Of a stretch of 64,000 nt of DNA, positions 18,945-28,919 are shown piece by piece (position 1 is the first letter of the stretch; each line of letters begins with the position of its first letter). The DNA lies in assembly GCA_963843575.1 (NCBI GenBank), contig CAWJKZ010000013.1, positions 96,001-160,000 on the forward strand, given 5' to 3'. Under the pieces are notes generated by a model, which was not told the DNA's origin, ran no database searches, and worked only from the letters and a program-made list of their open reading frames with translations. Source of the stretch: an uncultured Acidobacteriota bacterium. GTDB taxonomy: Bacteria; Acidobacteriota; UBA6911. Position numbers and translations under genes: made by a program.

Positions 18945-20190
18945 TCACTCGTATCTGAGCGCTTCGATGGGGTTCACCAGGGAAGCCATGAACGCGGGAT
19001 AGATGCTCGACAGCACGCCCACCAGCCCAAGGAACCCGAAGGCGACCAACCCGACCTGCGGTGTGACGATCATGCCGGCGAAGAAATCGATTCTGGGGAG
19101 CTGGTTGATCAGGGCGCACAGGCCCCAACCGATGAAGATCCCGGCCAGGCCGGCAAACACGGTCAGGACCATCGACTCGGCGAAGAACTGCATCAGGATG
19201 CGGCGTGTCGTGGCGCCCACGGCCTTGCAGACGCCGATCTCGTGTGTCCGCTCGCCCACCGACAGCAGCATGATGTTCATCACGCCGACCCCGCCGAGAA
19301 TGAGGGTGACGATCGCGACGACGCCTAGGAAGATCCTGAGCGAGGCGAAGAGCCTGAACATGAACTTGGCCTGAGTGACCGTGTTCCAGATCGGCAGGGC
19401 GTCCTTGTCCAGGTAGTCGAACCCCTTGATCCGCGCCATGATCTGGCGCACCTGGAACTCGGCCGCTTCGCCCATTTCCTCGCCGCGGGCCTGCAGGATC
19501 AGGTTCGAGAGACTGTACTTGCCGTCGGCGGCGTCCGGGATCGGAAAGTCCCGCGCAATCGAATAGAACGGAATGAACACCATCTTGGCGTCCGGGACCG
19601 CTGTAGTTCGAGTTCTGCTCCTTGTGCTCCAACTCCCCGATGACCAGGTACGGGAGCTCCCCGATGACGACCGTCTGGCCCACGGCCGAGGCCTTGTTGA
19701 ACAGCTGCTCCTTGACCTCGTCTCCAAGGATGCAGACCCGCTGGGCGCGGGCGTTGTCACCTTCGGTGATCTGGCGACCGCCGGGAACGACCTCGATGGT
19801 GCGCATCTGCATGTAGTCGGCGAACACCCCGTGCACGCCGAACGTGCCGTTGTTGACGGTCGAGCGGACCGGCAGGTAGCGATCGATCTCGGGACTTGTC
19901 CGCTGCAGGTAGGTGGCCTGCTCCTTCAGCCGGAAATAGTCGTCGAGCGTGAACCTGATGTTCCGGCCGGCGCGCACCCCCTGCACTCCTTTGCTGGTCG
20001 TCCCGCCCCAGACGATCATGATGTTCTGGCCGAGCAGCCGGGATTTCTCCTTCTGCGCGACCCACATCCCCTCGCCCAGCGCCGTCATCAGGATCAGGCA
20101 GATCAGCCCCCAGGCGATCCCGAACATCGTAAGGAAGGAGCGGGTCTTGTTGGCCTTCAGGTTCAACCAGGTCTGCCGCAGGAGATCCAT
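18945..20190 (-). pseudogene. MacB/FtsX-family ABC permease with one +1 frameshift (~19596)
   Basis: NKTRSFLTMFGIAWG in one frame; GGVGVMNIMLLSV.ERT.EIG and NPIEALRYE in another. Confidence 0.75.
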
Positions 20191-20208
20191 GCTCGTCGCG
20201 CCTCCACC

Positions 20209-21450
20209 CTACTGCAGGACGACCGGGTCGCCCATGTTGAGACCTGACAGGATCTCGGTGCGCGCGCCGTTGCTCAGGCCGGTCTGCACGGCAACCTGGC
20301 GTCGCCCAGTCTTGTTGGCGACATCGGGCACCTCGACGGAAGTCTTGCGCTTCTCGTCGTAAATAAGCGCGCTCTCTGGGATCACGAGCACATCCTTGTG
20401 TTCCTCGAGGACGATTTCCGCGTTGGCGCTCATGCTCGCCTTGAGCATGTCGAGATCGTTCATGATGGACACCCGCACCTCAAAACGGGTCACGTTGTCT
20501 TTCTCGACACCCATGGGGGCGATGCGAAAGACCTTCCCGGTGAACGTCTTGTTCTTGTAGGCGTCCACGGTCACCCGGACCGGCTGCCCTACCTGAACGA
20601 GGCCGATGTCGCTCTCATCCACCTTCCCCTTCACATACATCTCGCGCACGTCGCCGAGCGTCATGATGAGGGTCGCGTTGGACCCCAGTTGCAGGATCGA
20701 CGACACGGCGTCTCCCACCTCCACCTCACGGCTCAGAACGACGCCGTTGATGGGAGACCGGATCGACGCATACTTCAGGTTTTCCTCGGCCCGCTCGAGC
20801 TGCGCCTGCGCCTGCGTCAGCTCGGCGCGGACGGTGTTCAGGGTGCGGTCGTTCTGCTCGATCTCCGCCTCCTTCACCCGCACGGCCGCCTGCAGGGTCT
20901 TGTGCCCGATCTCGGCGGCTTTCATCCTCTGCTCGACGCTGTCGAATTCGGACTTGGAGGTGAGTCCCTGCGCGAACAGTTCTTTGTGGCGTCTGAACTC
21001 GGCCACCGTGAATTCGTAGTCTTTGCTCTCGGCCTCGAGCTGCGCCTTGGCGAGATTCGCCCGCTGTGTCTTGCCCTGCGACTCGGTTTCCTGCAGCTTG
21101 CTCTCGGCGGCCTTCAGAAACCCACGCGCCTCCTTCAGCTGCGCCTCCAGGGTCTCCTTGTCCAGTTCGACCAACAGCTGGCCTTCGCGGATTGGGTCGC
21201 CTGCGTTGACGTAGAGATACTGGATGATGCCGCTGGCTTTGGACTTGACTTCGACCTTGGAGAACGGCTCGATCTTCCCGGTCGCCACGACCGACTTGGC
21301 GACCGCCCCCCGCTCCACCTTAGCCAGCTTCTCGGCCGGGATCGTCTTGTCCACGTAGAAAAGCGCTCCAAACACCCAATACCCGCCCAGCATAAGGATC
21401 AGGCCGACAACCGCAAGGAAGGAAATCGTAAAAACTCTTTTCTTCGCCAT
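20209..21450 (-). CDS. Efflux periplasmic adaptor (MacA/HlyD-like membrane fusion protein)
   Basis: VVATGKIEP..KVEVKSKASG, coiled coil, IRSPINGVVL, VDESDIG.V.VGQ. Confidence 0.88.
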   Translation of the reverse strand: MAKKRVFTISFLAVVGLILMLGGYWVFGALFYVDKTIPAEKLAKVERGAVAKSVVATGKIEPFSKVEVKSKASGIIQYLYVNAGDPIREGQLLVELDKETLEAQLKEARGFLKAAESKLQETESQGKTQRANLAKAQLEAESKDYEFTVAEFRRHKELFAQGLTSKSEFDSVEQRMKAAEIGHKTLQAAVRVKEAEIEQNDRTLNTVRAELTQAQAQLERAEENLKYASIRSPINGVVLSREVEVGDAVSSILQLGSNATLIMTLGDVREMYVKGKVDESDIGLVQVGQPVRVTVDAYKNKTFTGKVFRIAPMGVEKDNVTRFEVRVSIMNDLDMLKASMSANAEIVLEEHKDVLVIPESALIYDEKRKTSVEVPDVANKTGRRQVAVQTGLSNGARTEILSGLNMGDPVVLQ

Positions 21451-21678
21451 GACTTACCTCATGAATGCCTTGTGAGGCACCGGTTACAGATGTTAGTACG
21501 AGTTTTGGGGGAAATAAGTTCGGTGCAAGGGTGGGCCCGGTTTAGAATGCAAAGTGAGGTGGACGGGGGCGGCTCGACCCCGCCCCAATCAACCACAACC
21601 GGGAGACACCAGGAACCGCACCGGCTGCGCAAATTCCACAGGGCCGCGGCGGCCCGCCGCGGCCCACTGCAGGATCCC

Positions 21679-22959
21679 ATGGACTCAAGGGAGAGAATCC
21701 GGGCAGCCCTGAATCACCAGGAGCCGGACCGTGTCCCGCTTGACGTGTCGGGCCATCGTTCCTCCGGCATATCCGCGCTCGCCTACGCCCGGTTGCGCGA
21801 TTTCCTTGGCTTGGCGAAACGGTCGATCGACGTCTACGACCCGGTTCAGCAGCTCGCGATCGTGCACGACGACGTCCTGGACATGTTCGGGGTAGACACG
21901 GTCGAACTGGGGCGCGCCTTCGCGCTGGACGACGCGTGCTGGACGGAGTGGATTCTCCCGGACGGGACGCCTTGCCGGGTGCCCGTCTGGGCCCGGCCCG
22001 AGCGTGCCGGGGACCGCTGGGTCATCCGGTCCGGGGCAGGGAACGTCATCGCGCACATGCCCGACGGCGCCCTGTATTTCGAGCAGACCCGGTACCCGTT
22101 CGCCGACGGCGAGCCCGATTTCGACCACCTGGAAGACGCATTCGTCGAATCGATGTGGCACGCGGTCGCCGCGCCGCCGGGGCCGCTCGTCTCGGGCCCC
22201 GGAGGAGCGGAAAGGCTCGCCGAAGGAGCCCGGCGGCTGCGCGCATCAACCCGGCGCGCCATCGTCGGGCTGTTCGGGGGCAACCTGCTCGAAACCGGAC
22301 AGATGTTCTACCGGAACGATGGCTTTCTCATGCTGCTGGCCGGAAGCCCGCTCGAAGCGCACGCATTCCTCGACCGGCTGCTCGAAATCCATCTCGCGGC
22401 CCTCGAACGGTTCCTGGCCGCCGCAGGACCGTACATCGACGTGATCCTGTTCGGCGACGACCTCGGGATGCAGACGGGGCCGCAGATATCCCCGCGCATG
22501 TACCGCGAGTTCTTCAAGCCGCGGCACAAGCTCATGTGGGAGCGCAGCAAGCAGCTGTCGGAGGCGAAAATCATGCTCCACTGCTGCGGGGGAGTGCGGG
22601 AGCTCCTGCCGGATCTCATCGACGCGGGGCTCGACGCCATCAACCCGGTCCAGGTCTCCTGCCGCGGGATGGACGCCGCGGGCCTCAAGGCCGACTTCGG
22701 GGAAGACATGGTCTTCTGGGGAGGCGGGGCCGACACGCGCGACGTCCTGCCACGCGGGACGCCCGAGCAGGTGCGGGAGCACGTCCGAGAGCAGATCAGG
22801 GTGCTCAGCCCCGGAGGCGGATTTGTCTTTCAGCAGGTGCACAACATCCTGGCCAACGTCCCCCCCGCCAACATCATCGCCATGCTCGAGGCCGTAAACG
22901 GCGGGCGGCGCCAAGGCCCCGACCGGGCCGTACAACGTGTGAACGGAGAGGACGCATGA
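21679..22959 (+). CDS. Uroporphyrinogen decarboxylase / MtaA-CmuA family methyltransferase
   Basis: SRERI.AALNH.EPDRVP; GDDLG.Q.GPQISP; HCCG; GGFVF..VHNI..NVPP.NI. Confidence 0.82.
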   Translation: MDSRERIRAALNHQEPDRVPLDVSGHRSSGISALAYARLRDFLGLAKRSIDVYDPVQQLAIVHDDVLDMFGVDTVELGRAFALDDACWTEWILPDGTPCRVPVWARPERAGDRWVIRSGAGNVIAHMPDGALYFEQTRYPFADGEPDFDHLEDAFVESMWHAVAAPPGPLVSGPGGAERLAEGARRLRASTRRAIVGLFGGNLLETGQMFYRNDGFLMLLAGSPLEAHAFLDRLLEIHLAALERFLAAAGPYIDVILFGDDLGMQTGPQISPRMYREFFKPRHKLMWERSKQLSEAKIMLHCCGGVRELLPDLIDAGLDAINPVQVSCRGMDAAGLKADFGEDMVFWGGGADTRDVLPRGTPEQVREHVREQIRVLSPGGGFVFQQVHNILANVPPANIIAMLEAVNGGRRQGPDRAVQRVNGEDA

Positions 22960-25900
22960 GGAAGACGATCTGTGTCGCACTTCTGTTTCTGGCCGGCGCG
23001 GCCTTCACCGCGGGGGACGACGCGCAGGGCGTCGGGGGGAGCGCGTTCCACAAGAACGACATCACCTACTCGACGTCGGTCGCTACCCCGCACGTCAAGT
23101 GGGCCCCCAGGGTGCCCGGCGGCCCGATCAGGGGCTTCTTCATCCCCTCCGTCCAGTACGGCCGCGACATGGTCGAGCTCATGCAACGGCTCGACCTCGC
23201 GCCCACGACGGTCAGCATCGACCGCAACTGGGACATCAACTGCTGGGGCATCGGGGACTACTACGGGCACGAAACGCGCGGCGACCGGGACGACTTCCGG
23301 ATCGTCTATGGTTACGTCGAGAAGGACCTCACCGGGCCTGCATCCTTCGACGTCCTCGTCATCCCGGGGCTCAACGGCTGGTCGAGGATGACCCGGGCGT
23401 CGCGCGACGCCATCCTCCGGCGCGTGCGCGACGGCGCGGGCCTCGTCCTGATCCACCCGTTTGTGGGCGACGTGAAGAACCATCCCTTCCTGGGCGACGA
23501 GCGCGAGGGGGACGGGCGGATCTGGGAGATCTCACCTCTCGTCGGCTGCCCGGACGACACGGTCAACGAGCGGGGGTACCCGGACATCAACAAGGCTGCG
23601 CTGGTTCGCGGCAAGTGGGAGGTGGCGCGGCCGCATTTCATCACCGCGGGTCTGCCCATGGACTTGCTTCCGGAAGGGAACGTCGGCGGAGCGTATTACA
23701 GGTACCAGGCCAAGGGGGATGTCCTCATCAAGTCCGGCGACGACCCCATCGTCGCCGTCTCGGCCTATGGCAAGGGGCGTGTGGTGGCTTTCGCTTACAT
23801 GGAGGAGGGGTTCATCCCGTCGGGAGCCGATCCGCTCGGCAGCGTGGAAGAGGAGGGATTCAGCGCGGCCGGCGATCCCTCGGTGTTTGGCATCTATTGG
23901 AATTACTGGGAGTACTACTACAGCCTCGTCGCCAAGGCGGTCGTCTGGGCCGCCGGGCGCGACGGCGGCGTCGGGCTCAAGACGGCTGCGGCCGGGCCGG
24001 ATGAAGCCGCCACCGTCCGGCTTACCCTGTCCTGCGCGTCGCCCCGGCGCGTGGAGCTCGAGGTGGCGGCTCACAGCGAGTTCGGTCCGAAATTCGGCAC
24101 CATCCGCACCGCGAGCGATCTGAGGGCCGGCGACAACGACGTGTCCGTCCCGGCGGCGGCGCTCAGGCCGCGCGGGGGCTGGCCCGGCGGGAAAAACATC
24201 TTCGACATCATCGTCCGCGATCCGGACAAGGGAGAAACCCTGAACTGGGGCGCCGCCACGTTCGACGTGCCGCGCCGCGCCACCCTCACGGTGGCCAGGC
24301 CTGCCACCGACGTCTACCGCGACGGCGATATCCTCAGCGCCGTCGTGCGCGCCACCGGCGACGTGACGGGATTGCGGATGCGCTTCAACGTGCACGACGA
24401 CCTGGAGAGACTGCTGTCGTCCCAGACCGTCCCCGCCCGCCAGGAACGGTACTTCTACTGCAGCCTGGAAAACTTCCTGGGTAAAACGGCATCGATCACC
24501 GCCGAACTCGTCGACGAAAACGACCGCCTGGTCGACCAGCTGCGCACACGGCCGGTTCTCGTGGTGCAAGCCACCCGCAGCCCAAAGGAATACCACCCGC
24601 TGGTTGCGTTCGGGGCCGCGAAACATTTCTTCTCCTCGGTGCGGATGAACCAGATCCGCGCGGCCGCCGCCGACACGGGTTTCACCTGGGGCGGGAACGT
24701 CAACAACGGGCTGAACATCCCGCGCGGCGCGTTCGGCGTCTACTGGTACGACCGCGGCCCGACCACGCCGGAAGAGATGGAGAAGGCGATCGCGGACTAC
24801 AATGCGACGCAGGATTTCGAATCGCTCCAGTACCTCACCAAGAAGGAACTCTATCGCCGGACGGGCGACACGAAGTTCCTCGCGCGCTCCCCGAGCTTTC
24901 ATGACAGGGAGTACATGAAGCGGCTCCGCAGCATCGTCTATGCGGTCACGCGTGGCAAGGCCCGCTACAACATGGACTACTATTTCGTCGGGGACGAGGG
25001 CTCGCTGACCTCCTACGCCGACCCGTACGATTTCGACTGGGGCAAGGATGCCCTCTCGGCCTTCCGCAGCTGGCTCCAGGGAGTCTATGGCAGCGTCGAG
25101 GCCCTCAACCGCGAGTGGAAGTCCTCCTTCAAGGTCTGGGGCGACGTCCTCCCCTTCACGACCGAGCAGGCCGTGAAATCGGGGAATTTCCCGCCCTGGG
25201 CCGACCACCGCACCTTCATGGAAGCGAGCTTCGCGGACGCCTACCGGAAGGTGCGCGAAGCGGTCGTCGCGGGCGACCCCGGCGGTCACATCGCGGTGTC
25301 GGGCACGCAGGTCACGACCGCCTACAACGGCTGCGACTGGTACCGGCTGGATCAGGTGATCGACGATTTCCTCTCCTACGACGGCGGCAACCAGTGGGAC
25401 CTGCACCGGTCCTTCGCCAAGCCGGGCGCCATGATCGGCTTCTGGACCGGGTACGAATCCCGCGGCATCCCGCTGCAGAACGCGATCTGGACGGCCGCCA
25501 TCCACAACGTCCTGCACCCGAACATCTTCTGGATGCTCTCCTACCTGAACCCGGACTTCACGTACTCGCGCTCGGCGCGGGACATGGGCGAGACCTTCAA
25601 GACCCTGCGCTACGGCGGCGTCGGTAAGCTCCTTATGGAGTCGGAGCGGCTGCAGGACGGCATCGCGCTTCACTACTCGATGCCCTCGGTGCACGCCGCC
25701 ACCATCACGCTGAATCACCCCGAGCGGGGCCGGCGCGAGATCCGCCGGGACTTCCCGGCGAACCGCGACGGCTGGGTCCGGACGATCAAGGACCTCGGGC
25801 TGCAGTTCAACTTCGTCTCCTACGACCAGGTGGCGCGCGGCACGCTGGAGACGCAGCGCTACCGGGTGTTCGTCATGCCGATGTCCATGGCCCTCTCGCC

Positions 25901-27008
25901 GGCCGAGGCGCAGCGGGTCCGCGACTTTGCGGCGGCGGGAGGCGTCGTGATCGCCGACGCGGCCGCCGGGGTGATGGACGATCACTGCGCGTGGCAGTCC
26001 GACGGGCTGCTGAATGACTTTTTCGGCATCCGGACAGTGCCTTCGGAAAAGAGGAAGCTGTCGGGCTCCAGCGCTGTCGAAACCAACGCCGACGGCGACG
26101 TCAGCGGAACGCGCCAGTCTCCCGGGGTGTCCGGGGCCGTGAGCGCGACCGCCGACGGCGTCTCCTGGGGGTTGAGCGCCGAAGCACTGGAGGGGCTGGA
26201 GGCGGCCGAGGAGGGCGTCGCCGCGACTACCGGGAAGCCGTTGGCCAGGGTGGGGAAGACCGACGTCGGGATCGTCCGCCAGATCGGAACCGGCTGGGCC
26301 GTCTATCTCAACGTGCTGCTCGACCGCTACCCGGAGCTGCGCTCCAGGAACTACGGCGGGGGGGCCTATCGGAAGCTGGTCGATACGATCTTCGCCCGGA
26401 TGAACCTCAGGCCGTCGATGCCCGTGCTCGGGGCCGGCGGCGCCCCGCTGCAGCAGGTCCAGGCGGTCCGGTACCGCTTCGGCGACAGTCGCGTCCTGGC
26501 GCTCGTCAAGGAGAACGTCGGGGCCGAAGGCATCGCCGGACGCGACGGGGTGACGGTCTACAACGACGCCAATCTCGGCGCGGTAGCCAGGGAAGAGATC
26601 TCGATCCGGTTGCCCGAGAAGCTCTTCGTCCACAACATCACCACGGGCGAGTCCCTGGGGCAGACCGATGTCGTCCGGACGTCCATCACGACGGGCGGGG
26701 CTGTGGTGCTTGGGCTGAGCGTCGCCGCGTGCGCCCTTCAGATCGCCGCCCCTGCGTCCGGGCGTCCGGGCGACGCGCTGCGGTTTACGCTGACGCTGTC
26801 GACTACGGGCAAGCATGTGCTGCGGTGCCACGTCTTCGGCCCGGACGGCTCGTTTCTGCCGGTCTACGCGAAGAACCTCCTCGTGAGCGGCCGCACCGGC
26901 GCGTTCGTCTTCCCGTCGGCCGTCAACGACGCGCTGGGGAAGTACCGGGTGGTCGCGACCGACGTGGTGACGGGCGCTTCCGCCGAAGCCTCGGTCGTAT
27001 TGAACTAG
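22956..27008 (+). CDS. Very large (~1350 aa) secreted GH42/beta-galactosidase-like glycoside hydrolase with trimerisation (GATase-like) domains
   Basis: Signal peptide; GDEGSL; AFRSWL...YGSVEALNREW..SF..W.DV; PWADHR.F; YRVFVMP...ALS..EA..VRDF...GG.VIAD; ATGA overlap with the upstream gene. Confidence 0.7.
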   Translation: MRKTICVALLFLAGAAFTAGDDAQGVGGSAFHKNDITYSTSVATPHVKWAPRVPGGPIRGFFIPSVQYGRDMVELMQRLDLAPTTVSIDRNWDINCWGIGDYYGHETRGDRDDFRIVYGYVEKDLTGPASFDVLVIPGLNGWSRMTRASRDAILRRVRDGAGLVLIHPFVGDVKNHPFLGDEREGDGRIWEISPLVGCPDDTVNERGYPDINKAALVRGKWEVARPHFITAGLPMDLLPEGNVGGAYYRYQAKGDVLIKSGDDPIVAVSAYGKGRVVAFAYMEEGFIPSGADPLGSVEEEGFSAAGDPSVFGIYWNYWEYYYSLVAKAVVWAAGRDGGVGLKTAAAGPDEAATVRLTLSCASPRRVELEVAAHSEFGPKFGTIRTASDLRAGDNDVSVPAAALRPRGGWPGGKNIFDIIVRDPDKGETLNWGAATFDVPRRATLTVARPATDVYRDGDILSAVVRATGDVTGLRMRFNVHDDLERLLSSQTVPARQERYFYCSLENFLGKTASITAELVDENDRLVDQLRTRPVLVVQATRSPKEYHPLVAFGAAKHFFSSVRMNQIRAAAADTGFTWGGNVNNGLNIPRGAFGVYWYDRGPTTPEEMEKAIADYNATQDFESLQYLTKKELYRRTGDTKFLARSPSFHDREYMKRLRSIVYAVTRGKARYNMDYYFVGDEGSLTSYADPYDFDWGKDALSAFRSWLQGVYGSVEALNREWKSSFKVWGDVLPFTTEQAVKSGNFPPWADHRTFMEASFADAYRKVREAVVAGDPGGHIAVSGTQVTTAYNGCDWYRLDQVIDDFLSYDGGNQWDLHRSFAKPGAMIGFWTGYESRGIPLQNAIWTAAIHNVLHPNIFWMLSYLNPDFTYSRSARDMGETFKTLRYGGVGKLLMESERLQDGIALHYSMPSVHAATITLNHPERGRREIRRDFPANRDGWVRTIKDLGLQFNFVSYDQVARGTLETQRYRVFVMPMSMALSPAEAQRVRDFAAAGGVVIADAAAGVMDDHCAWQSDGLLNDFFGIRTVPSEKRKLSGSSAVETNADGDVSGTRQSPGVSGAVSATADGVSWGLSAEALEGLEAAEEGVAATTGKPLARVGKTDVGIVRQIGTGWAVYLNVLLDRYPELRSRNYGGGAYRKLVDTIFARMNLRPSMPVLGAGGAPLQQVQAVRYRFGDSRVLALVKENVGAEGIAGRDGVTVYNDANLGAVAREEISIRLPEKLFVHNITTGESLGQTDVVRTSITTGGAVVLGLSVAACALQIAAPASGRPGDALRFTLTLSTTGKHVLRCHVFGPDGSFLPVYAKNLLVSGRTGAFVFPSAVNDALGKYRVVATDVVTGASAEASVVLN

Positions 27009-27052
27009 GCGCGCGGTCCGACGCAGTCTCGCCCGACCTGGCGGCGCCAGGG

Positions 27053-28024
27053 ATGGCGCCCGCGGGAGGACCAGGTCGCAGCGCACCCCGGTCGGAGGAG
27101 GGAACGGTCCAGAGGGCGCACGGGGCCATCAATCCCGACAAGACGATCGCGGACGACAGGGTCGTCGCCGATTCCGTCGCCGCCATGGCGATCGCCCTCG
27201 ACAAGCTCGCGGGGGAGGCGAAGGGGCAGGCGGCGTTCAGGCTGACCTTCGACAATCCCCTCGATCCCGCCGTCTGGGCCGAGGCCTACTCCCCGACGAT
27301 CACCTACCCCTCCAACGGCGTCAGCGGCGGGAAGGTGTACAGCTCGGCGGCGAAGTGCGACACCTACATGGTTGCCGCCGCGACCATCCCCTACGATTCC
27401 AGCAAGCTTCACCGCCTGCGCATCCGGGTGCGAAGGACGGCCACGGCCGACGCCGCCCAGCAGACCGTCGCGATCGGGCTGCGCTGCTACGACAAGAGCC
27501 GGACGCTCACGGGGCTCGTCACGCCGCTGAGCGCGAACGCCGCCCTCTGGACCCTGAATCAATGGTACGTCTTCACCTACTGGTTCAAGGGCCTGGGCGC
27601 GGCGGTGCCGACCGTGAACGCCGCGTCCCCCGGCAACCTCCCGGCGAATTCGGCCTATTACGGCTTCGAGTTCTTCCTCAACTACAACACCACCAACACC
27701 GGCAACGTCATGGAGATCGACGAGATCTCCGTGGACGTGTTCGACGAGGACGGGGCGAACCGGATCTACCTGGCCGCGGCCTCCACCGGGCCCGTCGGGA
27801 AAGGTCAGCTGTACCCCGAAGGGACGACCCTCGAAGTCAAACTGATGCTCCCGGCCGAACTCCCGGTCATCAAGATCGCGGCCAAGGTCGCGCACTCGCA
27901 ACCTGTTCCGGGCACCGCCCCCGAAAAGCCCGCGTACCACACGGGCACCTACTTTCCTCTCGATCACCGCTCGTGCATCATCCGGTACGTCTTCGGGGTT
28001 CATCAGAGGGTGACCAGTTCCTGA
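27053..28024 (+). pseudogene. Chimeric ORF: phage tail/host-specificity-like segment fused to a partial PilZ-like C-terminus
   Basis: TIADDRVVADSVAAMAIALDKL and IPYDSSKLHRLRIRVRR resemble phage tail modules; YPEGTTLEVKLMLP...AKVAHSQ...YHTGTYF...IIRYVF resembles a PilZ barrel end; no clear start. Confidence 0.45.
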
Positions 28025-28145
28025 CCCTCCGACTCAGGGAAAATCATAGAATTTCACGGGCTGCCGGAAGTATCTTTAATGGCTCACAAACTGCGTCCGG
28101 AGGCCTGGCTGCGTGCCGGAGTCCCCGGGCTGGGGGCTCTGGCAT

Positions 28146-28352
28146 ATGAATATCGGTAACTACGTGGTGTCGATCGTCCTATCGCTGGTCATCGGGTTGG
28201 CGGGATTCGTGGTTGCCTACAAGCTCTTCGACTGGATGACTCCCGGGATCGATTTTTCCGCGCAGCTGAATTCCGACAACCGGTCCGTCGCCATCTTCCT
28301 GGCCGGCCTGTTCATCGGGATGGGGCTGCTGCTGGGCAACGCCATAAAGTGA
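28146..28352 (+). CDS. DUF350-like small membrane protein
   Basis: Two TM segments; YKLFDWMTPGIDF..QL..DN.SVAIFLAG. Confidence 0.75.
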   Translation: MNIGNYVVSIVLSLVIGLAGFVVAYKLFDWMTPGIDFSAQLNSDNRSVAIFLAGLFIGMGLLLGNAIK

Positions 28353-28810
28353 TGCGACGAGCCATCCTGATGCTGATCATCGCGGTTTGCGGCGCCGCGG
28401 CCGCGCCCTCGGGCCGGGCCCCACGTCCGCACGAGCCGGCCCGCATCGCCCCTGGGTTCTGGGAGCGGGCGAAGCCGATGATCGAAAGCCGCCTCGGCCT
28501 GCCCTACGTCTGGGGGGCGGCCGGCATGAAGAGCTTCGACTGCTCCGGTTTCGTCTGGCGCGTGCTCTGGGACAACGGCTACTTCATAAAGCGCACGACC
28601 GCGCGAAAACTGTACATGGCGCTCGGGTCCATCGCCTCCGACAGGCGATGGGAGTTCGGGAACATCGTCTTTTTCGATGACCTGAAACACTGCGGGATCG
28701 TTGCCGGGCCGCAGAGCTTCTATCACGCGCAGACTTCGATCGGGACAAACCTGTCGCGCTTCGACCCCTACTGGCGCCGGAAAATATGCTCCGTCCGGGC
28801 CCTGGAATGA
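28352..28810 (+). CDS. Secreted NlpC/P60 cell-wall peptidase
   Basis: LGLPYVWG; FDCSGFV catalytic Cys; KHCGIV His; YHAQ. Confidence 0.85.
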   Translation: MRRAILMLIIAVCGAAAAPSGRAPRPHEPARIAPGFWERAKPMIESRLGLPYVWGAAGMKSFDCSGFVWRVLWDNGYFIKRTTARKLYMALGSIASDRRWEFGNIVFFDDLKHCGIVAGPQSFYHAQTSIGTNLSRFDPYWRRKICSVRALE

Positions 28811-28919
28811 CCCTGCCCGGCCGCCCGGCGACCGAGGTTCTGTAAGAAAGCAGCGGGTGGGCTTTGCGGCGCAATCCACAGCCCGGGACCGGGCCGCGTC
28901 GAGCCGACGCGGCCCACTG

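Noticed and set aside
20398-22955. Long N-terminal extensions of the 853-aa and 1690-aa ORFs in the track
   Set aside because: They overlap other real genes; the likely starts are 21679 and 22956.
23532-27086. Long antisense or alternative-frame ORFs (e.g. 1184 aa here, 35859-38258, 38586-40481)
   Set aside because: Shadow ORFs typical of high-GC DNA, overlapping well-supported genes and lacking motifs.
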